Shown: in pieces, positions 39,126-50,168 of the stretch
Layout of the letters: the number at the start of each line of letters is the position of its first letter
How positions within the stretch are numbered: position 1 is the first letter of the stretch
Source: Spirogloea muscicola
Lineage: Eukaryota
NCBI GenBank assembly: GCA_009602725.1
Contig: WELB01000016.1
Span: 1,153,691-1,217,690 of the forward strand
Length of the DNA stretch: 64,000 nt
Direction: 5' to 3'
Notes under the pieces: generated by a model
What the model saw: only the letters and a program-made list of their open reading frames with translations
What the model was told of the DNA's origin: nothing
Database searches by the model: none
Made by a program: the position numbers and the translations under genes

Positions 39126-39426
39126 TGCTGGCATCAACAGCCGGAGGCTAACCCGGACACCAAGTTCCTGTGACCTGCGGCTGCTCAGCAGAGGATGATG
39201 ATATTGAGCACACCAGTGGCCGCTTGAGATGCGGTGTGCTGTGGCGCTTCATTCGCCCATTCTTCCAGGAGAGGGCGATGGCTGCGACTGGCCAGCCGAG
39301 AGAGGAAAGAATAAACAGATTTTCCGAGGAGCCTCTCGTCGTTTCACAGCCGCTCCTCTCTCCTCAGCCGCCCCAGTGCTCTTCTTCCCCGGTGGAGCTC
39401 CCGCCGCCGCCGCCGCCGCCGCCGCC

Positions 39427-42400
39427 ATGGCGCTGCCGCTCGCCCTGGCGCTCGCGCTGCTCGCCCGACTGTCAAGTGCCGCAGCGCAGACGCCCCACTC
39501 GGAGGTACCGCCCTTTCTACCTCTGTGGCTCCGCTGATGTGGTCATGCACGCCCTCAGTACGCACCTGGCTGGCTTTCACAGCCGCTGTTCTTCTGACAC
39601 CAGCCGCCGCATCTCCTGGCGGCGCTGCAGGGCCTCGGCGGCTCCGCCGCACCGCTGAGCACCCGCCGCGGGCTTCTCGGCAATCCGACCGACCATAAGC
39701 CCCGCTTTCCCATGATCCCACAGGTGCCTTTTCCACTATTCGGCCCTCTGCTTGGCCTTGAGGCCCGGCAGACCCACTGCGGCTCAGTGACTGTCGGCTG
39801 ACGCCGACGCCGACGGCGAGGCTGACACTGACGCCGCCGCCGCCCGCACCCCACAGTCGAGGCTCTGCAGGCCTTCAAAGCGGCCGTCCTCAGCCCGCCA
39901 CTTCTGTCCAGCTGGGTCGGCGCTGACCCCTGCGCCGGATGCAACTCCACGGGCGCTGGCTGCGCCTGGTACGGCATCGAGTGCAACCTAGCCAGCGGCC
40001 CAGTCAGCTCCCTGTGAGTGCACCGCCCATGCTCGGACTTTGCCCCCTGGCCTCGACTCGTGGGGCCCTTGGACTCGGGCAACCCTTGTAGGCATGCTTA
40101 GGAGTGCCAGTCGTATCAGAAGAGTTCCTCTCACTCGCTGCTGCCGTGATGGGAGTCCACTCCACCCAAGTCCTTCTAGCAGTAACTGCTGTGCCCACCT
40201 TCCTTGGCTGCTTCTTGCCAATGAATGACATAAGGTCACTGACTTGACTGCTGAAAGTCCTCCACGACTTGAACGTGAATATTCTCACGCTCGGCTGCCT
40301 CTTCAGAGTGATCATCAATGCCAACCTCAACGGCACCATCACACCATACATTGGAAACCTGACGGGCCTGACGTGCCTGTGAGACAAGTACCTTGTTACG
40401 CAAGTAGACTGTCCTGGACAGATTAGCATAGGCAGCCTACTGCACGAGCTTGATGTCGTTCCTCCCGCTGTGGCTGACCCCCTTGGCCAAAGACATTAAG
40501 GACCTCTTGAAAGCGGCGCTTGGCCAGGTATCTCTATGGCAATCAGCTGACAGGCGTGATCCCGGCCACCATTGGACAGCTCGGTGCCACCCTTGTTCTT
40601 CTGTAAGCGTCCAGATTGCTCACTCAAGCCTCTGGGGCTTTCTGTCATGCAGTACAAGCTGTCTGTCCCCACAGCACAGAAGGCTCACTAACCAGCATGG
40701 GTGGATGCCTGCAGTAATCTCGACCACAACTTCCTTACAGGAAGCATCCCTTCCACTATTGGGGAACTATCTCAGCTTACCCTGCTGTGAGTTTTCCGAG
40801 CTCCGGTCACACATACATGTCGTTGTCCCTATCTTGGGAGCAGTCATGATGTTGAGGGCGGGCTTTGTACCACAGTGCGTTTCTGGTACTGCCCACTGCC
40901 TATTTCGACTTTGTCGTTCTTTTGAAGGACTGCAAGCCAAGTCCGCAGAGATAAGGGAGCCCGTCAGTCAAAGTAGAGGGCAGCTCAACCATGTCCCCAC
41001 AGAATGTCGGGGACACTTTGCACAGTAACATCTCTTAGGTGCAAATCCGTTTGCCACCGTAACTGGAGCTTGTTGTGGCTGTTTCAGCCATCTCTGCTGC
41101 AACAATCTCACAGGACATATACCAGAGCAAATCAATCAGCTCACCAACCTTGTCATACTGTCCGTTCCTTGCCACTTCCCATGCCAATCTCTCTGCCTTT
41201 TGATTGTTTCCTTTCTCCCGACTATAAATCTGCAAAGCTCCAAAACTATCTGCAATGCTCCACAGTGGTAGACATAGTAGTTGCATGATAGCCAGGCTCC
41301 TTCAGCAGGGGTGCTTTACCTGTGCAGCATACTGGACTACAACAGCTTTACAGGCGTACTACCCGACGACATGTCCTACTTGACACACATCCAAAAAATG
41401 TAAGAAGTACTTACCTTGTGCAGCTTCCAACTTCCCTGAGCTGAGGGTCATTTCAATGTGTACTTCTCCTTGCTGCAAAGCGAAGCTCCAAATGTTGATG
41501 AGCCTCAAGGCATTTGAAGCATAAACAAACGGTTGCTGTGCTTAAGCACTTTCATGTGAGCAACACCGTCGTCCCGTTTTAGAATGTCAAGGTCCTCTTG
41601 CTCCTGCTTTGCGTCACAGAGAAGGATAAGTTGTCATCGAGGCCCGTCAACAACACCTCATGAGAGATGTGCGTCTCTTGTGTTGCAGCCAAGTAGCGCA
41701 CAATAAGTTGACTGGCTATATTCCCCGTCCCTTTGCGGGCTTCTCAAACAATGGAGGCTACTATGCAACCAATCTGACACACTTGTAAGGTTTGTACCTG
41801 TTCCTTTCACTATATTGATCTTCTTCTAAGTAGCAAGTGCAATCTGGCTTGCTAAGTACTATATAAGTGGTGCAGGTTTTACATGCAACTCATGGCTGAG
41901 CTGATGCTTTGCCATCCCATGTGCTGACGTAAAGTTAATTGTAAATGTAATCTGGCCATACAGCGACCTTTCACACAACAAATTTGCGGCCGATTTCTTC
42001 CCCGAAGGACTCATTTTCTGCTCGAAGTTGCAAGTCATGTATGCTCCACTGCTGAAGCCCGCCGAGCATAGTAGACAGCAGATTTGCTGAACATTGGTGA
42101 TTATTGCACGTGCCCACTGACATTGTCATCAGGTCCTGATGTGTAAGCAATGAATGTCTCTTTCTGGTGGTCTATTCTCCGATGATACCTAAGTAGCAAG
42201 AAGACATCAAGGTCTAGAAAAGCCATCATGGGGTTGCAAGCACAACCAGGTCACAAGCAGGACTTCATAGAGTCTCTTTGATAGTATCTCCTCATAATCA
42301 TTGCCAAATCTCAGTAAGCCTGCCACTGTTGTGCAGAAATTTGGCAGGGAACAGGTTTTATGGGACGCTCTGGATGCACTTTGGCAGTCCAGGCTTGAAG

Positions 42401-44644
42401 GACCTGGAGAAGTTGTGAGTTGGCTCACAACTCCTCAAACAGCAACAGAAGACCCTGAGTGACAGACACGCCCTTCTGCAGTCACGACCACTACTGCTCT
42501 TTGCAACTTGCTGAGCAGCACCAAAATTTTGATCGCTTGACCACGGCTGAGCATTAGTCGCTTTTCCATGTGACAGCAACGTCTCTCACAACAACTTCCA
42601 GGGAGGATTCCCCAGATCATTACTTGCACCTTATGTGCATCCCAAGCTGATCTGGATAGATGTCTCATATAACTACATGGTTGGCCCATTGTATGCCTCA
42701 CCGCCAAGCGTCAGCACTGTACCAAATTACACACATGTTATCACCGCCAGCAACTGCTTCAACAAATCATGTGTATGCCAAATATCAAAGGCCAGCTTCA
42801 GAGTGCAAAGCACACAACACCAAGCCACGTGAGACCCTCCTCTCTTCTACCTCCTCTCCTCTACCGCTTCCACAGTCCTCTCCCTCCCCCTCCTACTCCC
42901 CCTTCCTTCCTCCTCTCTCTCCCTCCCTCCTCCCTCCCTCCCTCTCTCTCCCCCTATCTCCCCCCCCNNNNNNNNNNNNNNNNNNNNNNNNNNNNNNNNN
43001 NNNNNNNNNNNNNNNNNNNNNNNNNNNNNNNNNNNNNNNNNNNNNNNNNNNNNNNNNNNNNNNNNNNNNNNNNNNNNNNNNNNNNNNNNNNNNNNNNNNN
43101 NNNNNNNNNNNNNNNNNNNNNNNNNNNNNNNNNNNNNNNNNNNNNNNNNNNNNNNNNNNNNNNNNNNNNNNNNNNNNNNNNNNNNNNNNNNNNNNNNNNN
43201 NNNNNNNNNNNNNNNNNNNNNNNNNNNNNNNNNNNNNNNNNNNNNNNNNNNNNNNNNNNNNNNNNNNNNNNNNNNNNNNNNNNNNNNNNNNNNNNNNNNN
43301 NNNNNNNNNNNNNNNNNNNNNNNNNNNNNNNNNNNNNNNNNNNNTCTCTCTCTCTCCCCACCTCCCCCCCCTTTCTTTCCTTTTCTAATACCCTCTCCCT
43401 CTCTCCCCCTTTCTCTCTTTCTCTCTCTTGCTCTTCTCCCCTCTCTCTCTCTCTCTCTCTCTCCAACCCTCTCCCGCTCCCACTCTCTCTCCACCTCTTT
43501 CTCTCGCCTCTCCCCACCTATCGCCTCTCTCTCTCTAGCTCTCTTTGGCTCTCTTATAGTCTCCCCGTCTCGGGCACCCCTTCTGGCCTTTCCTTCCGTT
43601 CGTGTTTCTGTCCTCCTCCTACTCTCCCTCTCCTATTTCTTTGTCGTGCTTCTTCCAATCTAGTCGCTTCATTCCTAAGCTTATTTCAATCCCACACAGT
43701 CACCCCGGCTTAAGCTCTGCCACACCTTCTCTTCTAAGGCAGCTTACTTATTCACTGCTGTGCAGCCTGTATCAATTATAATGCTCATTATACTTGCCAA
43801 AACCTGGGGTTGGATCTTGATCCAATATACTCGTGTATGGGTGGAAACTGCAAGTATGACTCACAATCCACGATACCTACAACCTGCATACTCTGTTAGG
43901 ATGTACAGGGCTCCTCAAGGAGAGCTTCAGCAGTACAACATACATGTGTCCTGCTTGAAGTAGGTTAAGACACAGGACTGTTTAGATTCATGATGCCTTT
44001 CACAAGTCCAAATGTTTTGCAGTGTCACTCACACTCTTTCCTGTGCATCATCTGCAGCAACCAAGGAGTTTGTGATGTAATCACTTTTGCAGATGGCCAG
44101 TCTTGCTACAATACCAGCTACTCCTCACAGTGCACCAAGCTTTCGTGCCAGTAAGTTCCAGAAGGAGTAAGGGTGTGAAAGAAAGACCTATATGGTGTCT
44201 GCTCGACATTGCACAGGCTCAACTAATGAGTCGCTAAGCTTGCCTGGAAAATCTCAGTCCTGCTGTTGCATGTGCATGGAACATCGCCATAAGCAGCTAC
44301 ATGATGAAAGCACAGTCCTAAGGCACCAATACCATTCTGCCGCGTGTTCAGCAAAAGATGTCCTGTTTTGTCCATTGCTTACGAAAGACAGCTCTACTAG
44401 CTCCTGGTCTTGTGTCTGTCGCTTCTGCACATGCTGCATAATAATCAGGCAAACTTCCATTGCCTGCAGGAGTGGAAAGTGCGTGGTAGGCTACTTCATC
44501 ACCATTCCCTATTGCAGGCCATGGACATCGGAGTGTGATGTACCTTGCAGGCCATCGGACTGTTCTGTAACTAACAACACCTGCTGCTCTGTCTGTGACG
44601 GTCACGGCCAATGCCCATCAGGCAAGAATGCTTGTTCATTCTAA
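39427..44644 (+). pseudogene. Paralogous secreted LRR + Cys-rich gene, probably decayed
   Basis: Signal peptide MALPLALALALLARLSSAAA. LRRNT exon 39857-40013. LRR exons at about 40307, 40528, 40715, 41088, 41328, 41689, 41964 and 42577 are collinear with gene 1. Three Cys-rich exons end at TAA 44644. Lesions: retro insertion at about 39510, AT instead of GT donor at 39695, frameshift at about 42770. Confidence 0.8.
42838..43565. repeat. CT-rich simple repeat spanning an N gap (intronic)
   Basis: Polypyrimidine (CT)n-like tract flanking Ns at 42968-43344. Confidence 0.9.
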
Positions 44645-45339
44645 CTTTATCAGCGTAGATCAGCTGAAGGAGGTCACGACAGGCCAACTAACTACAAGAA
44701 CAAGCACTCATCATAGCCTACCTCTTTGCAAGTGGGTCAGCCACCTATTGGCTGGAGGTGCACGTGGAAGGGAGGCAGTTTTGTGAGCTTCCCAGCTTCA
44801 CAAATCATGGATCAATTTGCAATATGCCTACTGTAGGACAGAGCTGCTAAGTGGGGAATATGATTGCATTACCGCTTGGCTCAGATCTTTGCGTGTAGAC
44901 AACCCGAGTGCAGCGAGACACACTGAGAATATCATATATGTGGCGCTTTTGGACTGAGTACTGCTTTGCGGATCGTAGCTCGTAGTGACCCTTTGCAACT
45001 GTCGTAAGTCCCATTTGGCAATATCCTAGTTTTTGCCGGATAAGTATACGGACATGTGGTCTGATAGAAACAATAAGGAAATATCTGACATGAGCATTGA
45101 ATACGTTGACGTTTTGAAGCAATCATTGTGCAGTAAGTAGAAAGCTATTGTGACCTCCCTGTTCTAGTCCCTCGCCCCTGTCACTCACTCGCTCATCTCT
45201 ATATACGAAGGCGTTATCAGCACCCGCCTTCAAAAAAGTGAATTTGGCTGAAGCGCATGGAGGTGCCAAATGTTGTAACGAACCCAAAGCTGTTTTTCTG
45301 TTGTTGGGAACTTCAGAAGCGATCCCCCTGCCGGTCGCG

Positions 45340-45540
45340 CCGGTCGCGCCCTTGCAGCAGCCTCTGGAGTGCGCAGCGGGGTTGCTTTACGCTCATCTCA
45401 TCTGACCACCTATTTGCTACAACGGGGTAGTGAGAGCGCCCTGTTTGTCTAGCCTGTGGCTCCACTAACACAGTCATGAACCCCTTTGAATGCACCTGGC
45501 TGGCTGTTCCAGCGCGCTCTTCTGATACAGCAGCCACATC
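45340..45540 (+). mobile_element. Old subfamily A 3' end immediately upstream of the intact element
   Basis: GRALAAASGVRSGVAL...RG* plus a UTR homologous to 49978-50168. Confidence 0.85.
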
Positions 45541-45564
45541 CGTTGCTCCGAGCCTTACTGATGC

Positions 45565-45597
45565 GGACCGGACCGGACCGGACCGGACCGGACCGGA
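45565..45597. repeat. (GGACC)6 microsatellite
   Basis: Read directly from the sequence. Confidence 0.95.
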
Positions 45598-45899
45598 AAA
45601 CTCAAAACAAGTCTTGGAAAGAAAGAGAAGAAGAGCCTCAGACGAGCTAGAGCAAGTATGCATTTCCGGACTGACGCAGCAGCTCAGGGCGGCCATCGGC
45701 GCCAGAGTCACGCTTCATCATACTCCGGACAGCGGCGCGCCTGCGCGCCATACCACGTCGCAGGCGCGCCACACCGCATCCCATGCGTGTCACTGCGTAG
45801 TTGAGGGCAGGAGTAAAACAGCTCTGTCCAACGTAAGGCAGTGGCTGTGAGATGCCAGGCCAAAGGCATGTGCAAGCAGAACCCGTCCGAGCAGCTTCA

Positions 45900-48800
45900 C
45901 TCCCGGAAGCAGCGCGCGGGAGCGATCGCATTTGAATGTTGCAGGCGCGTGTCACAACCGCGCGTAACCCCGCGCGTCACACTGCGCGTCATCCCCATTG
46001 TCAGGCTCGCCCTTCCGAGGGTGGTGCCTGGGGCTACCCTCGTCACCCCCGCCACTTCGTGTCCCATTGTTGGGCCCGCCCCTCCCGGCCAACGGCTCCC
46101 TAGCTCGCCGCCGGCGCCGCCGCCCCCCCCGGGGCGCTCGAGCGCCTGAGCGCCGCCGTGCGCGCATGCCGCCGCCTGCGAAGGCACGGCGCGCACCTGC
46201 ACGGCGCGCTCCTCGGAGCTCGCCGCGCAGAGTGCCGTCCGCAGCGCGGCCCCCAACTGGCGGGGTCCCTCATGCCACGCCGTGCGCCGCGGCGGCCACG
46301 GCGGTGGCGAGGGAGGATACGGCACCTAGGCAGCTTGCACAGCCTCGTGCGGGGAACATGGGTCCGGCTGCCCAGCTCACAAGCTGGCTCGGCCGGCTGC
46401 GATCAAACCCTCGGCTCACTTGTGCCGGGGAGGCAACCGCACTGGCGGCCAGCGCGAGAGCAGTGCACCGGAGCTCCAGGAGTTGCTGCGCTACGCGCTC
46501 ATCCCAGGCCCCATTAGGCTCAGGGATGGACGAGACGGCTGTCCCGACCACGGCCCCAACACCATCTGAGATTGCCGTGGAGGAGGGCAACATGGAGAGG
46601 GGCACAGGACCCCCTCCCCCAGTATCCTCTCCCACTGCTTCTCATGCTGCTCTACTTACGGGCTTCGAGCCCCACCCACAACCAACGCCGTGCACCTCTC
46701 CCGCGTCTGCAGGGCAGACGGCTTCCGCAAACCCCCCTGCATCTTGGAGGGGAGGTCGCCGCAGCGGAGGAGCCAGGCGGCGCTTGGAAGTGGTTGTCGC
46801 CATGGGTTCGGCGAGTGGTGGCAGTGGCGCTGATGATGCTGACGGGCCCGTGGCTGGCGATGCCGCTGTATCAGCTGCACCTGGAGAAGGGGAGCGGGGC
46901 CAAGAGGACCTCCGGCCCCCTGCGGAGGCAACCTCTTGCCCGCCTATGGAGCTCCGCTGCCGGCTCTGCCGGCGGCGCTGTGCCTCCAAGGTGGGTCTGA
47001 GCTCGCACGAGCGGGCCTGCGTGCGTTCTGCTAACAGAGAGGCGCAGCAGGCAGAGGCATCCGCCACCGCTCGGGCTCGCAGAGTCCCTTCAAGAGGGGC
47101 GATGCCAACACCACCACCAGGGCCTACGGCAGAACACTGGCGGTGGGCGGAGAGCGTGGACGTCTCCGAGATCCTGCGGACGACCAACGCGCAGCTCCTA
47201 CGACACATCCCGTATTGGGCCCGGCCCCACATACGGCGAGCCCTTCGGCCCCTCCTGACACGTCTGGCTCGTGACAGCGAGGATGAGGCTGCATGGGCTG
47301 TGTTTGTGTTGTTTCCGCGACTCTTGCTTGGTCGCCTGCCGCAGGGGAAGGCAGGTCGCAAGGAGCTGCTGCTGCGCCTTCACCTGTTTGAAGGTGGGGA
47401 GTGGCAGCTGCTACTTGCAAAGCACCAAGCGGCTGCGCAACTCGCGCAAGCCAACTTTCGGCCCACCACGTCGGAATCCGATATTAAGGAGGCGGGCAAG
47501 CGACGTGCCATCCGATTTGGACGAGCCGGCGACCTTGCCAGGGCTGCCCAAGCCTTGGAGCCCTCCACACCAGCACCGCATGATGCGGCAACCTTGGCCG
47601 CACTCGAGCAGCTCCATCCTTCGGCCCCGCGAAGATTAGATACATGGATGGAGAGCTTCACGCCTGCTCAACCGGTGGACCTGGACCCGGCTGCCTTCCG
47701 TCGGGCGATTGTGAGTAGCCGCAAGGCAGTCGCCGGGGGTCCATCGGGCATGCTCTTTGAGCACTTGCGGGAGCTGTATGGGGAGGACGACTCGGAGGAG
47801 GATTTCAATCTGCTGCTTAGGGTTGCACAACATGTTGCGCGTGGACACCTCACCCAACGAGTAGGCGCAGTCCTCTGCACAAGCAATCTCATTGCTTTGC
47901 AGAAGGACAGCGGGGGAGTGCGTCCTATCTCGATGGGGGAGGTTCTGTCGCGCCTCGTGGGGCGCACCCTAATCATGCAGATTCAGGACGATGCCCAGGC
48001 GCACTTCCATCCCCACCAGTTTGGGGCTGGGATGCGTGCTGGCGCTGAGACCCTGGTGCACGGGGTACGAGCGGCACTGGATGTCAACCCCCATTGGCTG
48101 GCCTTGAGCGTGGACGTACAGAATGCCTTCAACACTGTGGATCGGCAGGTTATTGCCGAGGAGCTAAGGCAGTACTTTCCCACCCTCCTCCCTCACTTCC
48201 GATGCATGTATGGCTCGCCATCTGCATTGTTGTGGGGGGCAGGGAGTTCTTTGGCTGTCTTGCAGTCAAAGACGGGGACACGGCAAGGTGATCCAATGGG
48301 AGGTTTTCTCTTCGCTCTGGCGCATCACCGTGCTTTGCGCAACACGGCGAGCGCTCACCCTGGCGTTCTCCTCCCGAGTTACGCGGATGATACCACGCTC
48401 CTCGGCCCCCCAGTGGAGGTGCTGCAAGCTTTCGGCACGCTTCAGCACCAGCTCCAGCTTATTGGGCTTGGGGTCAATCCGGCTAAGTGCTCCGCCTGGT
48501 CCCCTATTGGCATCCCTCTTTCCCTCTTCTCCTCGTTGCCTACATCTTGTCAGACTCCAGAGGGCGGCTTGAGGATTTTGGGAGTGCCACTAGGGGACCC
48601 GTCTTTCTCGGAGGGTGCTGTCCTTGCGCGTCTCCAAGGATACATGCAGGTCCTGCCAGAGCTCCCACGCCTTGGGGACTCTCAGTTGGCAGTGGCCATT
48701 TTGACCAGGAGTGTGGCACAGCGGCCGTGTTACCTCCTGCGTACGGTCCCACCGTCGGTCAGCTTGGATGCTATCTATGCATCCATTGATGTCAAGCTTC

Positions 48801-50168
48801 AGCAATGCCTTGCTGATCTGATTGCTCACCCACTCCTAGAGCAGTCTCCAGCAGCACTGGTGCAATGTACGCTGCCCATACGTCACGGTGGGCTTGGTTG
48901 TCGCCCCTTGGTCCGCTTATGCAGACCAGCGTACCTTGGCTGCTGGGCTCAGGTGGCCTCGTCCATATCTGGACGATTCCTCCTTGAGCAACAACGTGTG
49001 TTGGCGCCTCACATCAGTAACGTGGTTCAGGGGAGTCTGCCTTTCCAAGTGACTCTCAAAGCATGCCAACAGGACCTCTTTGCCGCATACCCGCCTCTGG
49101 TGAATGAGCCTGTTAGCTTTGCTGCCTGGGCTGACGTTTCTGATGTTAAGGCTCAATCGCGGTTTTCCCGTGCTGCAGACGAGCAACCACTGGAGCATCT
49201 CCGGAGTCTCCTCCAAGGGGATGCTCGAGGCCAGGCTCGGCTCCTATCTGTATCGTCTCTGGGAGCGTCTGAGTGGCTCCGCGCTTTGCCTTTGCATGCG
49301 GGCTTGCGGATGGAAAATGCTTTGTTTTGCGATGCTATGCGCCGCCGTCTTGGCTTACCATCCCTGTGCTTGGCAGGGGTGACCCAATGTGAATGTGGGC
49401 TTATTGAGCATGATGCAGTGCTCATGGGTGACCACATGCTCAGGTGTGCCAAAGGCAGTGAGCGCACGGGCTCCCACAACCTCCTACGTGACGCCATGTA
49501 TGGCATCGTCAAGGAGGCGGGATATCAAGTGGCGTTGGAGAGCACCGGGGTGATGCCCGTCCAGCTCCGCAACGGGGTCCCTCGGACGCGGCGTGTCGAT
49601 CTGGTCGGCGTCCCCCTGGGAGGTGGCAAGCGGCTTCTCATGGACGTCGTCCTAACCGACAGCTTCCGGACGAAGGGCCCCGTAACTTCTGAGACCGGCT
49701 ATGCCGTGAAGGTGGCCGAACAGAAGAAGTTGCACAAGTACAAGGACCACCCGGCGGGTGATACCTTTTACCCCCTGGCCATGGACATCCACGGGTGTTA
49801 CGGGGGTCAGTGGTCCTCGTTACTTTCGCTGCTGGCCTCTCAAGCTGACCAGCGGCGCCGGGAACGGGGTGCAGCCCTTCCCGGTGGCTCGGTGCCTTTG
49901 GGTCTTGTGTCCTGCTACCGTATGCGCTTGTCTATGTCCCTACAGCGGTCCCAGGCGATTGCTTTGCATCGCCGGGCTGGTCGCGCCCTTGCAGCAGCCT
50001 CTGGTTTGCGCAGCGGGGTTGCTCTTCCTCCCCTCAGCTCATCTGACTTCCTACTGCTGACTCGGGGGTATTGAGGGCGCCCTGTCTGCCTAGCCTACGG
50101 CTCCGTCATGAACACCTGTATGCATCTGGCTGGCAGTGTACAGCCGATTTTTTAATATCAGCAGCCGC
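45900..50168 (+). mobile_element. Apparently full-length RLE-type (CRE-clade-like) non-LTR retrotransposon, subfamily A
   Basis: Single long ORF and a ~95-nt 3'UTR ending cagcagccgc with no poly(A). The 5' boundary is approximate and no TSD was found. Confidence 0.9.
45998..50074 (+). CDS. Retrotransposon polyprotein: C2HC zinc finger, reverse transcriptase, CCHC knuckle, restriction-like endonuclease
   Basis: 1358-codon open frame (first ATG 46166). Motifs: CRLC...HERAC; RPISMGE; QFGAG; DVQNAFN; QGDP (48284); YADD (48380); CECG...HMLRC; RVD...MDV...KKLHKY...PLAMDIHG...SLQR. Confidence 0.96.
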   Translation: MSGSPFRGWCLGLPSSPPPLRVPLLGPPLPANGSLARRRRRRPPRGARAPERRRARMPPPAKARRAPARRAPRSSPRRVPSAARPPTGGVPHATPCAAAATAVAREDTAPRQLAQPRAGNMGPAAQLTSWLGRLRSNPRLTCAGEATALAASARAVHRSSRSCCATRSSQAPLGSGMDETAVPTTAPTPSEIAVEEGNMERGTGPPPPVSSPTASHAALLTGFEPHPQPTPCTSPASAGQTASANPPASWRGGRRSGGARRRLEVVVAMGSASGGSGADDADGPVAGDAAVSAAPGEGERGQEDLRPPAEATSCPPMELRCRLCRRRCASKVGLSSHERACVRSANREAQQAEASATARARRVPSRGAMPTPPPGPTAEHWRWAESVDVSEILRTTNAQLLRHIPYWARPHIRRALRPLLTRLARDSEDEAAWAVFVLFPRLLLGRLPQGKAGRKELLLRLHLFEGGEWQLLLAKHQAAAQLAQANFRPTTSESDIKEAGKRRAIRFGRAGDLARAAQALEPSTPAPHDAATLAALEQLHPSAPRRLDTWMESFTPAQPVDLDPAAFRRAIVSSRKAVAGGPSGMLFEHLRELYGEDDSEEDFNLLLRVAQHVARGHLTQRVGAVLCTSNLIALQKDSGGVRPISMGEVLSRLVGRTLIMQIQDDAQAHFHPHQFGAGMRAGAETLVHGVRAALDVNPHWLALSVDVQNAFNTVDRQVIAEELRQYFPTLLPHFRCMYGSPSALLWGAGSSLAVLQSKTGTRQGDPMGGFLFALAHHRALRNTASAHPGVLLPSYADDTTLLGPPVEVLQAFGTLQHQLQLIGLGVNPAKCSAWSPIGIPLSLFSSLPTSCQTPEGGLRILGVPLGDPSFSEGAVLARLQGYMQVLPELPRLGDSQLAVAILTRSVAQRPCYLLRTVPPSVSLDAIYASIDVKLQQCLADLIAHPLLEQSPAALVQCTLPIRHGGLGCRPLVRLCRPAYLGCWAQVASSISGRFLLEQQRVLAPHISNVVQGSLPFQVTLKACQQDLFAAYPPLVNEPVSFAAWADVSDVKAQSRFSRAADEQPLEHLRSLLQGDARGQARLLSVSSLGASEWLRALPLHAGLRMENALFCDAMRRRLGLPSLCLAGVTQCECGLIEHDAVLMGDHMLRCAKGSERTGSHNLLRDAMYGIVKEAGYQVALESTGVMPVQLRNGVPRTRRVDLVGVPLGGGKRLLMDVVLTDSFRTKGPVTSETGYAVKVAEQKKLHKYKDHPAGDTFYPLAMDIHGCYGGQWSSLLSLLASQADQRRRERGAALPGGSVPLGLVSCYRMRLSMSLQRSQAIALHRRAGRALAAASGLRSGVALPPLSSSDFLLLTRGY

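Noticed and set aside
38419..39173. ORFs spanning N runs (also 42660-43713 and 54953-55507)
   Set aside because: Artefacts of assembly gaps.
44850..45310. Lower-GC stretch as a third organellar insertion
   Set aside because: No recognisable organellar gene or RNA motif.
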